From Octopus sinensis (lineage: Eukaryota): 64,000 bases of DNA. The number at the start of each line of letters is the position of its first letter. Position 1 is the stretch's first letter. The DNA is taken from NCBI RefSeq assembly GCF_006345805.1, contig NC_043001.1, positions 67,270,001-67,334,000 of the forward strand. The letters are read 5' to 3'. The notes under the pieces are model-generated. The model made no database searches and was not told the origin of the DNA. It was given only the letters and a program-made list of their open reading frames with translations. This document shows positions 1 through 10,544 of the stretch, one piece after another. Both the position numbers and the translations under genes were made by a program.

Positions 1-295
1 AACGGCAACTCCTTAAGACAGTAAAATGAATAAATTAAATAAATAAATTTTAATGACTTTTTGATAAGATTATACTTAGATTTTCCTAATGTATTTTCTT
101 TTGATTTTAGCCTTTGACCCCTAAACCCCTGACTGTGTTATCTCTTTAGATTCTCTTTAAATTCATAGCTGCTTTCAACAGCAATAAATTAGCTGTTTTA
201 CTGGTCAAAGAATAATATTCTCCTCTAGTTCCTTGATGCCTGTAAATTAAAACCAGACTTGCCGTCTACTAATTCTTCTGTATAACTAGAACCCT

Positions 296-500
296 CTTTT
301 TTTCTTTTTCTTTTTTTCCCTTCTTTCCCTATTTCTTTCTCTTTTCTCTTTTTTCTTTTTCTTCTTCTTATTCTCTCTCTCTCTTTTTCTTTTTTTCTTT
401 TTCCTTTTCTCTTCTCTTTTAGTCCCCCCCCCCTTTTGCTCCCTCCTCCTTTATTTTCTCTCTTTTCTTCTCTTTCCTTCCCTTTTCTGTTCTTTGCCTC
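296..500. repeat. pyrimidine-rich (CT/TTTC) low-complexity tract
   Basis: Almost pure C/T run. Confidence 0.9.
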
Positions 501-592
501 CCTAGAAAGCCCTTCAGCCTTTAAAAGTTAAATAGCTACAGTCTCTTGAAAATAGCAGTAATGTGATTAATGTGGCAAATACCTAATCATAT

Positions 593-882
593 AGCAAGAA
601 TTGATACCTACCTCATTGAGTTCAACCATTGATAAATTTATCGCCTGTGAATATGAAATTCCTCTTCATTTCTCTGGAAATTTACACCTACACCATTGGA
701 AATTGTGCATCTATACAAAGGATTAATTCACCCTCTCTGTAATGCTAATAAGCAGGAATTGAGACCCACCTCGTTGTGATTAGCAATGGATAAATTTGTC
801 GTCTGTGAGTATGTAATCCCTCCTCATATCTCTGGAAATTCATATGTACACTATGGATTAAGTCACCTTCTCTGTGATGCTA
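593..882 (+). repeat. diverged two-copy tandem duplication (~593-748 and ~751-882)
   Basis: Shared blocks in the same order in both units: GAATTGA.ACC.ACCTC, GATAAATTT.TCG.CTGTGA.TATG, CTCTGGAAATT, GGATTAA.TCACC.TCTCTGT.ATGCTA. Confidence 0.75.
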
Positions 883-1032
883 TTAAAACTTTTTTAAAAT
901 TCTGTGATAAGACTGTACATCATCTTTAAAGAACTTTAATGAACTTTGGAAATCTGTTTATGTTACTTAATTATCTACATTACTTCATGAGTATAGCCTC
1001 AACCACTAGGATGTCTAGAGAACTCACATGTA

Positions 1033-1123
1033 TTTTAGCTGATGAGTACGGGACACGTTTATATGCTGCAATTTTTGCAACTTTTAATAAAGCCTGTCCT
1101 TGTATGAAACGATTGTACTAAAA
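1033..1123 (+). ncRNA. type I hammerhead ribozyme, PLE-associated type, intact core
   Basis: Helix I TTTTAG(1033-38)/CTAAAA(1118-23). Core CTGATGA(1039-45). Helix II GTACGGGACA(1046-55)/TGTCCTTGTAT(1095-1105). Then GAAAC(1106-10)-GATT-GTA(1115-17), with predicted cleavage after 1117. Confidence 0.85.
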
Positions 1124-1395
1124 ACCTATCCATTCTTGTTGCTTCTTTCTCGCTTATAATCACCCCACATTACTGTATTGTTAAAACCGTATAGTTTTTT
1201 TGGTGCATCTAAGTTAGGTACCACATTCAAGTAAATTCATTTAAATTAACTTGAATCTTTATTGCTTTTTGAATATATATATATATATATATATATTAAA
1301 TTAGAGAATGAAGAACTTAAGCCAATACATATTATTATTTAATTTATATTATTTAAATATATAACAAAATTATTAAAAAAATATAATTAATTTCA

Positions 1396-1459
1396 CACTA
1401 CGATCGTTTCATGCATGCTAACTTCTTCAAATTTTTGAGTCGCAGTCATTCATAAGGTG
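1396..1459 (-). ncRNA. damaged hammerhead motif (core CTTATGA), left arm
   Basis: Reverse complement of 4506-4569. Confidence 0.6.
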
Positions 1460-1510
1460 GTTTAAATATCTAAAATATAATCAATATTTTTAAGATATAA
1501 ATAATATATA

Positions 1511-2080
1511 TAATATAATAATTTTACTTATAATAAACTCTATTATTAAATATGATTATATCGAAATCGACTATAATGTTAAATATTAACTTTAATTTAT
1601 AAGGTAGAAAACCCATAATCTAATATCAATATTAGTCTATATCTAATTACATAAATATTTAAAATCACTAATATATATAAATTATCAATGAAAATATATA
1701 TAATATAATAATTTTACTTATAATAAACTCTATTATTAAATATGATTATATCGAAATCGACTATAATGTTAAATATTAACTTTAATTTATAAGGTAGAAA
1801 ACCCATAATCTAATATCAATATTAGTCTATATCTAATTACATAAATATTTAAAATCACTAATATATAAATTATCAATGAAAATATATATAATATAATAAT
1901 TTTACTTATAATAAACTCTATTATTAAATATGATTATATCGAAATCGACTATAATGTTAAATATTAACTTTAATTTATAAGGTAGAAAACCCATAATCTA
2001 ATATCAATATTAGTCTATATCTAATTACATAAATATTTAAAATCACTAATATATATAAATTATCAATGAAAATATATATA
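1511..2080 (+). repeat. three tandem copies of a ~189 bp AT-rich unit
   Basis: TAATATAATAATTTTACTTATAATAAACTC restarts at 1511, 1701 and 1889. Confidence 0.95.
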
Positions 2081-2989
2081 AATATTATAATCAAGATCTA
2101 AAATAATCTCTATAAATAATTGTATATAATGAAAACCTAATAAATTTAATTTTTCATATTTAAAGATGAAATAGCTAATTTCAAAATACAAATAAACTAA
2201 CTTAAACGGACTTTCAAAATCTAATGTAAAATCCTTATAGAAATATTCAATTCTTAGTAATATAGTATCAAATAAATACTATAAGTACTATAAATATAAT
2301 TATGAATGGGAATAATTATCTAATATAAATTATGCTATTAAATTAGACATGGTCTAGACCAATCTTTAGTCGAAACATATCTAATTTTATCAAAGTTTAT
2401 CTAATTTATTTAATATCTAATAACATAGAAAATTACGATAATTAGATCATTACATAAACAACGATATTTACATAAGGAGAATATTATTACTCCAAAGGCT
2501 TATACAATATTAAAATTTACAATTTGAAGATCTTAAAAAGATACATACTTGTCTTGGCGAGGTTTAAACAATGAACTAAAATTTTGAATCAAAAAACGTC
2601 TTATACAGCGTTTATAAGAATACTCATGGAATTACGTTATTAGCAAAAAAAATAAATTGTTGAAGAATTCATTACGCGTGAGGAACCTACGTTTATTAAA
2701 GGTTATGAATGGAAAATTATATGTTTATCATTGTAAAAAGAATGAATTCACAAATAAAGAATAAAATCTCTCTATACTATAATATTTATTAATAAAATAA
2801 CTATGATAAATGAAACTTAATACAAAATAAATTAAATGATTAAAAACCACTTATTATTAAATATATTCTAAAAATCTAATAAGATTAATAAATACATAAA
2901 AATTAATTTATATAGTAACCCCACTACATATTATAAATTCTTTCCCATACCCTTATAATTATAAGCTAAAATTAGTGATCATAACAAAT

Positions 2990-3365
2990 CTATATATACT
3001 AATCAAAATTTGTAGTATAACTATACATACGTATACATAAATATATAAGAAAATATCCATACATATACATATATATATACATATATACTCATATACACAT
3101 ATACATACATATACATACACATATACACATACATACACACATACATTCATATACATATATACACACATATATATACACACACTTACACCCATACACATAT
3201 GCACACTCATACATACGTGTACATACATACAATACTCAATATATACACTTACACCAATATATACACACCCACACACATACAAATAAATAAATGTATATAC
3301 ATATATATATATACACACACATCATCAAATACACATATATACAAATACACACATCCACATATATT
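2990..3365. repeat. compound (TACA/CA/TA)n microsatellite in the inverted-repeat spacer
   Basis: Direct reading. ORF 2959-3318 is its translation. Confidence 0.9.
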
Positions 3366-4505
3366 ATAAATAGATATATAAATGTCTATAATCCTACTAC
3401 AATACAAAATAGAGGTAAATATTAAGTTAAATCTAAAAAATTAATCTACTAATCTATACTTCTATATTAAATAAAATGGATTAAATAAACAACTAAATAA
3501 AACTATTTCAAATATAAAGAGATTACATACAAATAGATTAATATAACAAAATTATAATTTAACGAAGTTATAATAGAAATATAACATAATATAAAATTCA
3601 TTCTTTTTACAATGATAAACATATAATTTTCCATTCATAACCTTTAATAAACGTAGGTTCCTCACGCGTAATGAATTCTTCAATAAATTATTTTTTTTGC
3701 TAATAACGTAATTCCATGAGTATTCTTATAAATGCTGTATAAGACGTTTTTTGATTCAAAATTTTAGTTCATTGTTTAAACCTCGCCAAGACAAGTATGT
3801 ATCTTTTTAAGATCTTCAAATTGTAAATTTTAATATTGTATAAGCCTTTGGAGTAATAATATTCTCCTTATGTAAATATCATTGTTTATGTAATGATCTA
3901 ATTATCGTAATTTTCTATGTTATTAGATATTAAATAAATTAGATAAACTTTGATAAAATTAGATATGTTTCGACTAAAGATTGGTCTAGACCATGTCTAA
4001 TTTAATAGCATAATTTATATTAGATAATTATTCCCATTCATAATTATATTTATAGTACTTATAGTATTTATTTGATACTATATTACTAAGAATTGAATAT
4101 TTCTATAAGTATTTTACATTAGATTTTGAAAGTCCGTTTAAGTTAGTTTATTTGTATTTTGAAATTAGCTATTTCATCTTTAAATATGAAAAATTAAATT
4201 TATTAGGTTTTCATTATATACAATTATTTATAGAGATTATTTTAGATCTTGATTATAATATTTATATATATTTTCATTGATAATTTATATATATTAGTGA
4301 TTTTAAATATTTATGTAATTAGATATAGACTAATATTGATATTAGATTATGGGTTTTCTACCTTATAAATTAAAGTTAATATTTAACATTATAGTCGATT
4401 TCGATATAATCATATTTAATAATAGAGTTTATTATAAGTAAAATTATTATATTATATATATTATTTATATCTTAAAAATATTGATTATATTTTAGATATT
4501 TAAAC

Positions 4506-4569
4506 CACCTTATGAATGACTGCGACTCAAAAATTTGAAGAAGTTAGCATGCATGAAACGATCGTAGTG
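4506..4569 (+). ncRNA. damaged hammerhead motif (G5 to U), right arm
   Basis: CAC-CTTATGA(4509-15)-ATGACTGC...GCATGCAT-GAAAC(4555-59)-GATC-GTA-GTG. Helix I is only 3 bp. Confidence 0.6.
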
Positions 4570-6459
4570 TGAAATTAATTATATTTTTTAATAATTTTGT
4601 TATATATTTAAATAATATAAATTAAATAATATGTATTGGCTTAAGTTCTTCATTGTTTGATTTGCCTAATAGTGGTTTTGTCTCTAATTTAATATAATAT
4701 ATTATATATACATATATATATATATATGTATGTATGTATGCATAAATGTTGGTATGTACATGTGTATAAGTATCTATAATCAAGTCTGTGTTGGTGTTTA
4801 AAACCAGTTTTGTGTCAAAAAGCCTCACCTAGCAATTCAATAAAAATAGATCAATAAAATAGCAGACTGAAATAATTGCTGGAGTCAATATGACTGAGTA
4901 AAACCAATGACAACAGTGGTAGTAGTGCTACAGCATGGCCACAGTTCGCTGACTAGAACCAGTAAAGAACTATAAGGAGACACACACACACACACACACA
5001 CACATTCATTCATATATATATATATATATATGATGATGATGATGATGATGATATATATATATATATATATATATGGGATTTTAAAAGTGTCCATCTTTCA
5101 AATCTATGCATGATTATTATGTCAGCCTGGAGCTATGGTAGAAGACACTAGCCCAAGATGATTGAGCCTAAAACTGCATATTTGTGAACCAACAGTGGTT
5201 TAGGTAGAGTGTGTTACCTGGGGTAGCTCTTGAGTTTGCCCCCCAACTCCCAGGGCTATACAGCCTATCCAGGCTTATACACCAGACCCAAATGTGACCC
5301 TTCCATAAAAGCATCACCCTGGACAGATTGCCTCCCCATCTCATCCCCACTACCAACACTTTGTGAAACAAACTTCTTGACCATACAGCCATGTCTGTGT
5401 ATGATATTCCAACAAAATTTTAACTCTTGCTTGGAATAAAGAAGCAATAAATAAAAAAACTTAAAACTTTAGGATTATCTTTTCAAAGAGTAAGAATTAC
5501 AAGTGCTGTCTTTTATTTTCAGATCAACATCATTTTCATCCTATCATCATTTTTTATCAACACTGACAAACAGCATCATACTTCATCGATCCTTCTCTGT
5601 GAGAATCTGGACTTCATAGATTTTACCTCTTTGTGTTCACATGTCTTTCATCTTTCTTTCACTCAAGTATCTGTCATTGTCTGTACACAAGATTTTACCA
5701 AACAGCTGACATTTGTCCACTCTAATAACATAACACATCTATACCAACACAGATATCTCTCTTACATACAGTTCACATTTATGTACAATTTTACCATTCT
5801 TTCAGCTCATTTCAAATCTGTTTTTCATTAAAGATAATGTTAACAAAAAAAAAAGAAAAAAAGTTCCAATGAATGTTCAAATATTTAAAAGATACAAGAA
5901 ATAAGACAAAACATGAAACAACTGTAGATATAACAAACTTTACACCATTAAATAACCACCACCATGCTATCTCCAGTACATTACACAATATCTTTGTTGA
6001 TATTAAACAATTATTAATTATTAATCTTTTCAATTATCCTGGAATATTAAATAAAAAAAAACTTCAACTCCTTCAGTCACCAGTTAAGTCTCTAAACAAC
6101 AACAACAAAAAAATCAATGTTGCATGATGGGATAGAAGATAAGTATCAGTGATTCCTTTGTGCGAGTGATTTCTGTCTTGTAATCTCTTCAGAACTTTTT
6201 CTTCAAGAAACATTCCAAGAAGATTTGATTTAATTTATAAAATAATGGAAGAAAAACAGAAAATCAAACTCTACAGACTGTTTCTAAATAAATAAGAAAA
6301 ACAATTGAAAAAAAAATCAAGAACTTAACTTAGAATGTTATTAAGTACTAAGTATTTTAATCAACTGCTCCCTTTCCCCAGAAAATCTGTAGCATAGTAC
6401 TTAAGTTAGTGTGGAAATAATAAACTTTGTTATCTAGTTGATATTAAAGGAATAATCTT

Positions 6460-6823
6460 TTATCTTTTTACACATTTCAGTTGTTCCACTGTGGCCATGC
6501 GGGGGCACTGCCTTGAAAGGTTTAGCCAAACAAATTGACCTCAGAACTTACTCTTTTTTTACAAGGCTGGTACTTATTCTATCTTTTTGCTGAACCATTA
6601 AGTTATGGGGAAATAAACAAACTAACACTGATTATTAAGCAGTGGTTGGGGATAAATGCAAGTACACTTTTTATTTTCTCTCCCTGTTTATTTCTGTCAA
6701 AGCACGTAGGCTTGAGACGTAAAAGACTTTCTCACCTCCCAAGCATTAAACTAATACATTTGTTTGTTGTTTACACACCCGTCTTCGTCTTTTATTTTTT
6801 TGGTAAATTCTCACTATATATAC

Positions 6824-6877
<54 letters not shown>

Positions 6878-7052
6878 CATACACACACACACACATATAC
6901 AACAGGTTTCTTTCAGTTTCCTTGTACTTAATTCACTCACAAGACTTTAGTTGATCCAATGCTATAGTAGAAGACATGTACCTAGGGTGCCACCTACCGT
7001 GACTGAACTCAGAACCATGTGGTTGGGAAGCAAACTTTTTATCACACAGAGT
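6460..7052 (-). mobile_element. SINE family B copy, interrupted by a PLE-like end fragment
   Basis: Matches 18681-19080 in reverse (tail at 6460-6530, head at 6900-7052). Confidence 0.8.
6672..6815 (+). mobile_element. PLE-like terminal fragment nested in a SINE
   Basis: Reverse complement of 10545-10690, which is linked to a GIY-YIG C-terminus. Confidence 0.65.
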
Positions 7053-7156
7053 TCTTGAAGTATGATCAGTAAACAAGTGTCACCTTAGTCTGCTGGCCAT
7101 GGACAGCTGACACTTTACATATACCCAGCAAAATAAGCTGAGAGTTTTAATCAAAT

Positions 7157-7176
7157 AATGATGATGATGATGATGA

Positions 7177-7207
<31 letters not shown>

Positions 7208-7215
7208 AAGAAGAA
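7157..7215. repeat. (GAT)n(GAA)n microsatellite
   Basis: Direct reading. Confidence 0.95.
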
Positions 7216-7249
7216 AAACAAAAAGACTATGAAGAAGACAATGAAGAAG

Positions 7250-7810
7250 ACTAACCATTTTTTGAGAGAGCACAATAAGCTAGCATAAAAAAGTGCAAGA
7301 GCAAGAGTCACTGTGTAGGTAGTAGAGCATATGGGGATGTTAACCAAGTGTGTGGGTTTGAACTAATAGAGAAGTGGTATGACCACAAACCAGAGGCTGT
7401 GACAGGGAACAAGGATTACAGAATTTTGTGAAATTTCCCATTAATGACTGACCACACATATGAAGCAAAAAGACCAGATATAACTATAAATGATAAAAGA
7501 AATTATGTAAGATGACAGGCCTTGCAATAACATATAATAGAGTGGATACAAAAGAAACTAAAAAAATTGAGAAATATCAGGGTTGAGCCATAGAGATGAT
7601 GTGATTGTGGAAAACTAAAATGACAATTATTTCCAGGGTAATTTGTGTGCTTGACACAACTCTCAAACTGTTATCGAAAAGATTCAAGGATGTTGGAATT
7701 TAGAGTCACATTGTTAACCTGCAGAAAAGTGCAATCCCGCAAACTGTAAGAATCCTCAGAAAGATTCATGAGATTTGAAGAGACTTTTTGTTACCAAACC
7801 TCATGAGAAC
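7250..7810 (+). pseudogene. C-terminal restriction-like endonuclease remnant of an R4/Dong-type non-LTR retrotransposon
   Basis: Manual translation gives EKWYDHKPEAVTGNKDYRIL*NFPLMTDHTYEAKRPDITINDK, then frameshifted KETKKIEKYQG and NLQKSAIPQTVRILRKIHEI*. This matches the PD..D..EK.KY RLE pattern. Confidence 0.75.
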
Positions 7811-7825
7811 AATAACGCTTTCTAC

Positions 7826-8008
7826 AATAGGTACAAGACCAGAAATTTGGGGTGAGTGGGCTACTCAATTACACCAACCTCAGTGCTCGACTGACAATTG
7901 GGCCCAAAAGGATGAAAAGCAAAGTTGACTGTGGTGAGACTTGAGCTCAAAATGTAAAACTTAGCATTTTGTCTGGCATACAAATGATTCTGCCTGCTTG
8001 CTGACTTA
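7826..8008 (-). mobile_element. SINE family D copy
   Basis: Reverse match to 53003-53200. Confidence 0.65.
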
Positions 8009-8084
8009 ATGATAATAATAATCTGACTTTTATGGTTTATATATACACATACATATATTTATATACATTATATATGTGTATGTA

Positions 8085-8152
<68 letters not shown>

Positions 8153-8963
8153 CATACATTTACATACTTATTTACCTCCATACATATATACACTCGCAAG
8201 GATTTGGTTTGCCCAGGATTATAATACAAAACACTTGCTCTTAGTACCTATCCATGTGTGTACATGTGTGTGAGTGTGTGTTTTCTTTCAGGAGCTTGCA
8301 AAACTTGAAGTAGCATGGAAACGAAATCAAACGGTTTCAAGTAATAATAATCTCTCATTACAGTTTGCCTGCTTTGAGCATCTCTGACTATCATACTGTT
8401 TGTTGTTTTAGTTTCCCTCTGCCTGCATGACCAATGTGCATTTTATTATAAGATGAGCAAAACGCCCCCCCCCTCCGTTCAATGGATGGTGCTGAGTTGT
8501 CAAACATTTAAACCAAATTTTCTCAAAACAATTTGTCCGACCGTCCCATAGGCCTCCCCTTTGAGAAACACTGATTTAACCTAAATTTGAGACACCAGCA
8601 AAAGAAGAAATAAAGATATACTTTTTTTTTCTATTCCAAAGAAAAACGATTTTATTCACACAAATATGCAACCGAAGAGTTTAAAGTACCAGTAATGATA
8701 AGGCTGTTGACTGGGAGAACACAAACATGGTTTAAACAGTAAGCTTGGCAGGAAAGAAACATGCCTCTAAGCAGTACAAAAGCAACAAAAAATGGAAGGT
8801 GCAGTTATGTATAGGTTGACAGAAGAAAAGCAGGACAAAAACGATGCATGCAAATGGGTTAGCTGGAGGTAAATCTAGATGGAAAAGCATGATGATTTCT
8901 TTGTGCAAACTGCATGTGCATTTTTCTCGTGTATGTGTAGTATCGATTGCAACAGCTGATGTA

Positions 8964-9163
8964 CTAGTGCATACAAATGCACGTTCATATGGCTTTCTCG
9001 ACCGCATTCCAACCTGGAATCGATTTTTGTAATTTTTTCAAAACTTATACATGCCCTGATACTGTCGGTATCTACATATCAAATTTGAGCGCAATTGGAT
9101 GGAGGATGCCCGAGATCCTAAAAGATACACACACAGACAGACAAAACGATTTTATATAATAGA
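8964..9163 (-). mobile_element. non-autonomous Helitron-like 5' end
   Basis: Minus strand starts A|TCTATTATATAAAATCGTTTTGTCTGTCTGTGTG at 9163, a typical Helitron 5' TC terminus. The left boundary is uncertain. Confidence 0.55.
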
Positions 9164-9440
9164 TATGATTAGCTAAACATTAAGAAAGCAGAGTGAATTT
9201 TCAAATATAAAAGACAAACAGAACAAGTAGAGCTGCTGTTACAGCAAGAGAGTAAAAATGCTGTGGGATAATTTAGAAAACTTCAAACTATTTCGCTTAG
9301 CATTAAGAGACAAATGCAAAAAAAATGAACAAAATGATTCCAGTTCATTTCAAATAATTTAAAAAGTAAATCTTATAAATTGGAACAAATTCAACAGTAT
9401 ATGTGTATATATATATATATATACACACATATATATATAG

Positions 9441-10210
9441 TTGAAAAATATCGTTATAGGTATAGCAAAATGGAGGAGAAAAAAAGAAGTTGAATCAAAA
9501 TTAGATTTAATACAAAATAAGATTCAATACATATGCGCGTTTCAAAGACAGTACAAATATGTAAGAAAAAAAATTATAATCATAATGAATATAATTAATT
9601 TTATGCATTGTCATTCTCATCAGTGTGAGGAATTTTTGGAAGGACATCAAAAAAAGTTTAATAAAATAAAGTAAATTAAAAAAGATACAATAAGGGAGAA
9701 TATAAATGAGGTAATAGGGAAAAATTGGATATTTACAAGTAAGTTGTAAAAGGGAAAAAATAACAGTAATAATAATAGTGAGAGAGACGAAAGAGAAAAA
9801 AGACAGACATATCAATGTGTAAGCATGTCTATATGTGCAGTAAACTATAACATAAAAATAAGAATAATGGTAACAAGTTGAGACGAAGTATAATGTAAAC
9901 AGGGCCACATGTGTATAGTAGAATATAACGTAATAGGTGCACGAGCAGAAAAAAACCATATAGAGTAATATACATATTAATATTGAGAAACGAGGCTAAA
10001 ATGATAGGGAAGACTATGTTTGAAAAATGCTATAATATTTAAGTAAAAATGTACATACAAGCAGAGAATAAACAAAAGGGAACGTAACAGGGAAAAACAT
10101 CGATCAGAGAAAGACCGGCCAGTGTATTCAAGAGAGTTACCTTACTCAAAAACTAGCCTGGGGTAGGGGAGACAATCAGAAAAAAAGTAGGAATAAAAAC
10201 GAGTATATGA
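9441..10210 (-). mobile_element. probable PLE 3' region with hammerhead relic
   Basis: Ends at (TA)n 9400-9440 and contains the motif at 9529-9626. Confidence 0.5.
9529..9626 (-). ncRNA. hammerhead ribozyme relic (G16.2 to A)
   Basis: Minus strand: ACA-CTGATGA(9623-17)-GAATGACAATGCATA...TATTTGTACTGTCTTT-GAAAC-GCGC-ATA-TGT. Confidence 0.65.
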
Positions 10211-10544
10211 AGGGGAAAATTATTACGAATTTACAAGTGATAGAAAAAAACGTATACATGTAACACATAAGGATATACAGCCATGCACATATACATACAC
10301 ACATACACAACACAAATATATAGACACACACAAAGAGCGTGCATACACTCACACCTACACATACAGGGGTGCAAGTGTGAGGAAAGATAAAGTAAAATAA
10401 AGTACGTATTCACATAAGACATAAATATATACATATATACACACCCATACACACACATACATGCATATATACATATATATCTACACACATATATATACAT
10501 ATATATACATAAGCATATATACACGCACATACATACATATATAT

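Larger units (their letters stand above)
1296..4692. mobile_element. inverted (tail-out) duplication of a Penelope-like element terminus; arms 1296-2748 and 3595-4692
   Basis: Arms are near-exact reverse complements and both outer ends abut (TA)n. Each carries a hammerhead-like motif. The same terminus recurs at 28668-28857. PLE assignment is inference from the hammerhead, the TA anchoring and the inverted architecture. Confidence 0.75.

Noticed and set aside
939-1121. 60-aa ORF overlapping the ribozyme
   Set aside because: No recognisable motif; the sequence is better explained by the RNA structure.
1511-2080. CRISPR-like array
   Set aside because: Whole units are repeated with no unique spacers, in a eukaryotic context.
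2580-2765. Lys/Asn-rich open stretch in the left arm as a possible PLE N-terminus
   Set aside because: No diagnostic motif, and it is antisense to the hammerhead.
2959-3318. 119-aa ORF, and the many similar YI/CV/HT/ER-repeat ORFs across the track
   Set aside because: These are translations of TA, CA and GA microsatellites with no coding signal.
4535-4566. Alternative hammerhead register using TTGAAGA as the core
   Set aside because: Helices I and II pair poorly; the CTTATGA register fits better and agrees with the 28785 copy.
6696-6725. Possible variant hammerhead in the 6672/10545 family (GAGACGTAAAAG / GAAACGTTAAAG)
   Set aside because: No CUGANGA in either copy, and one copy has a deletion here.
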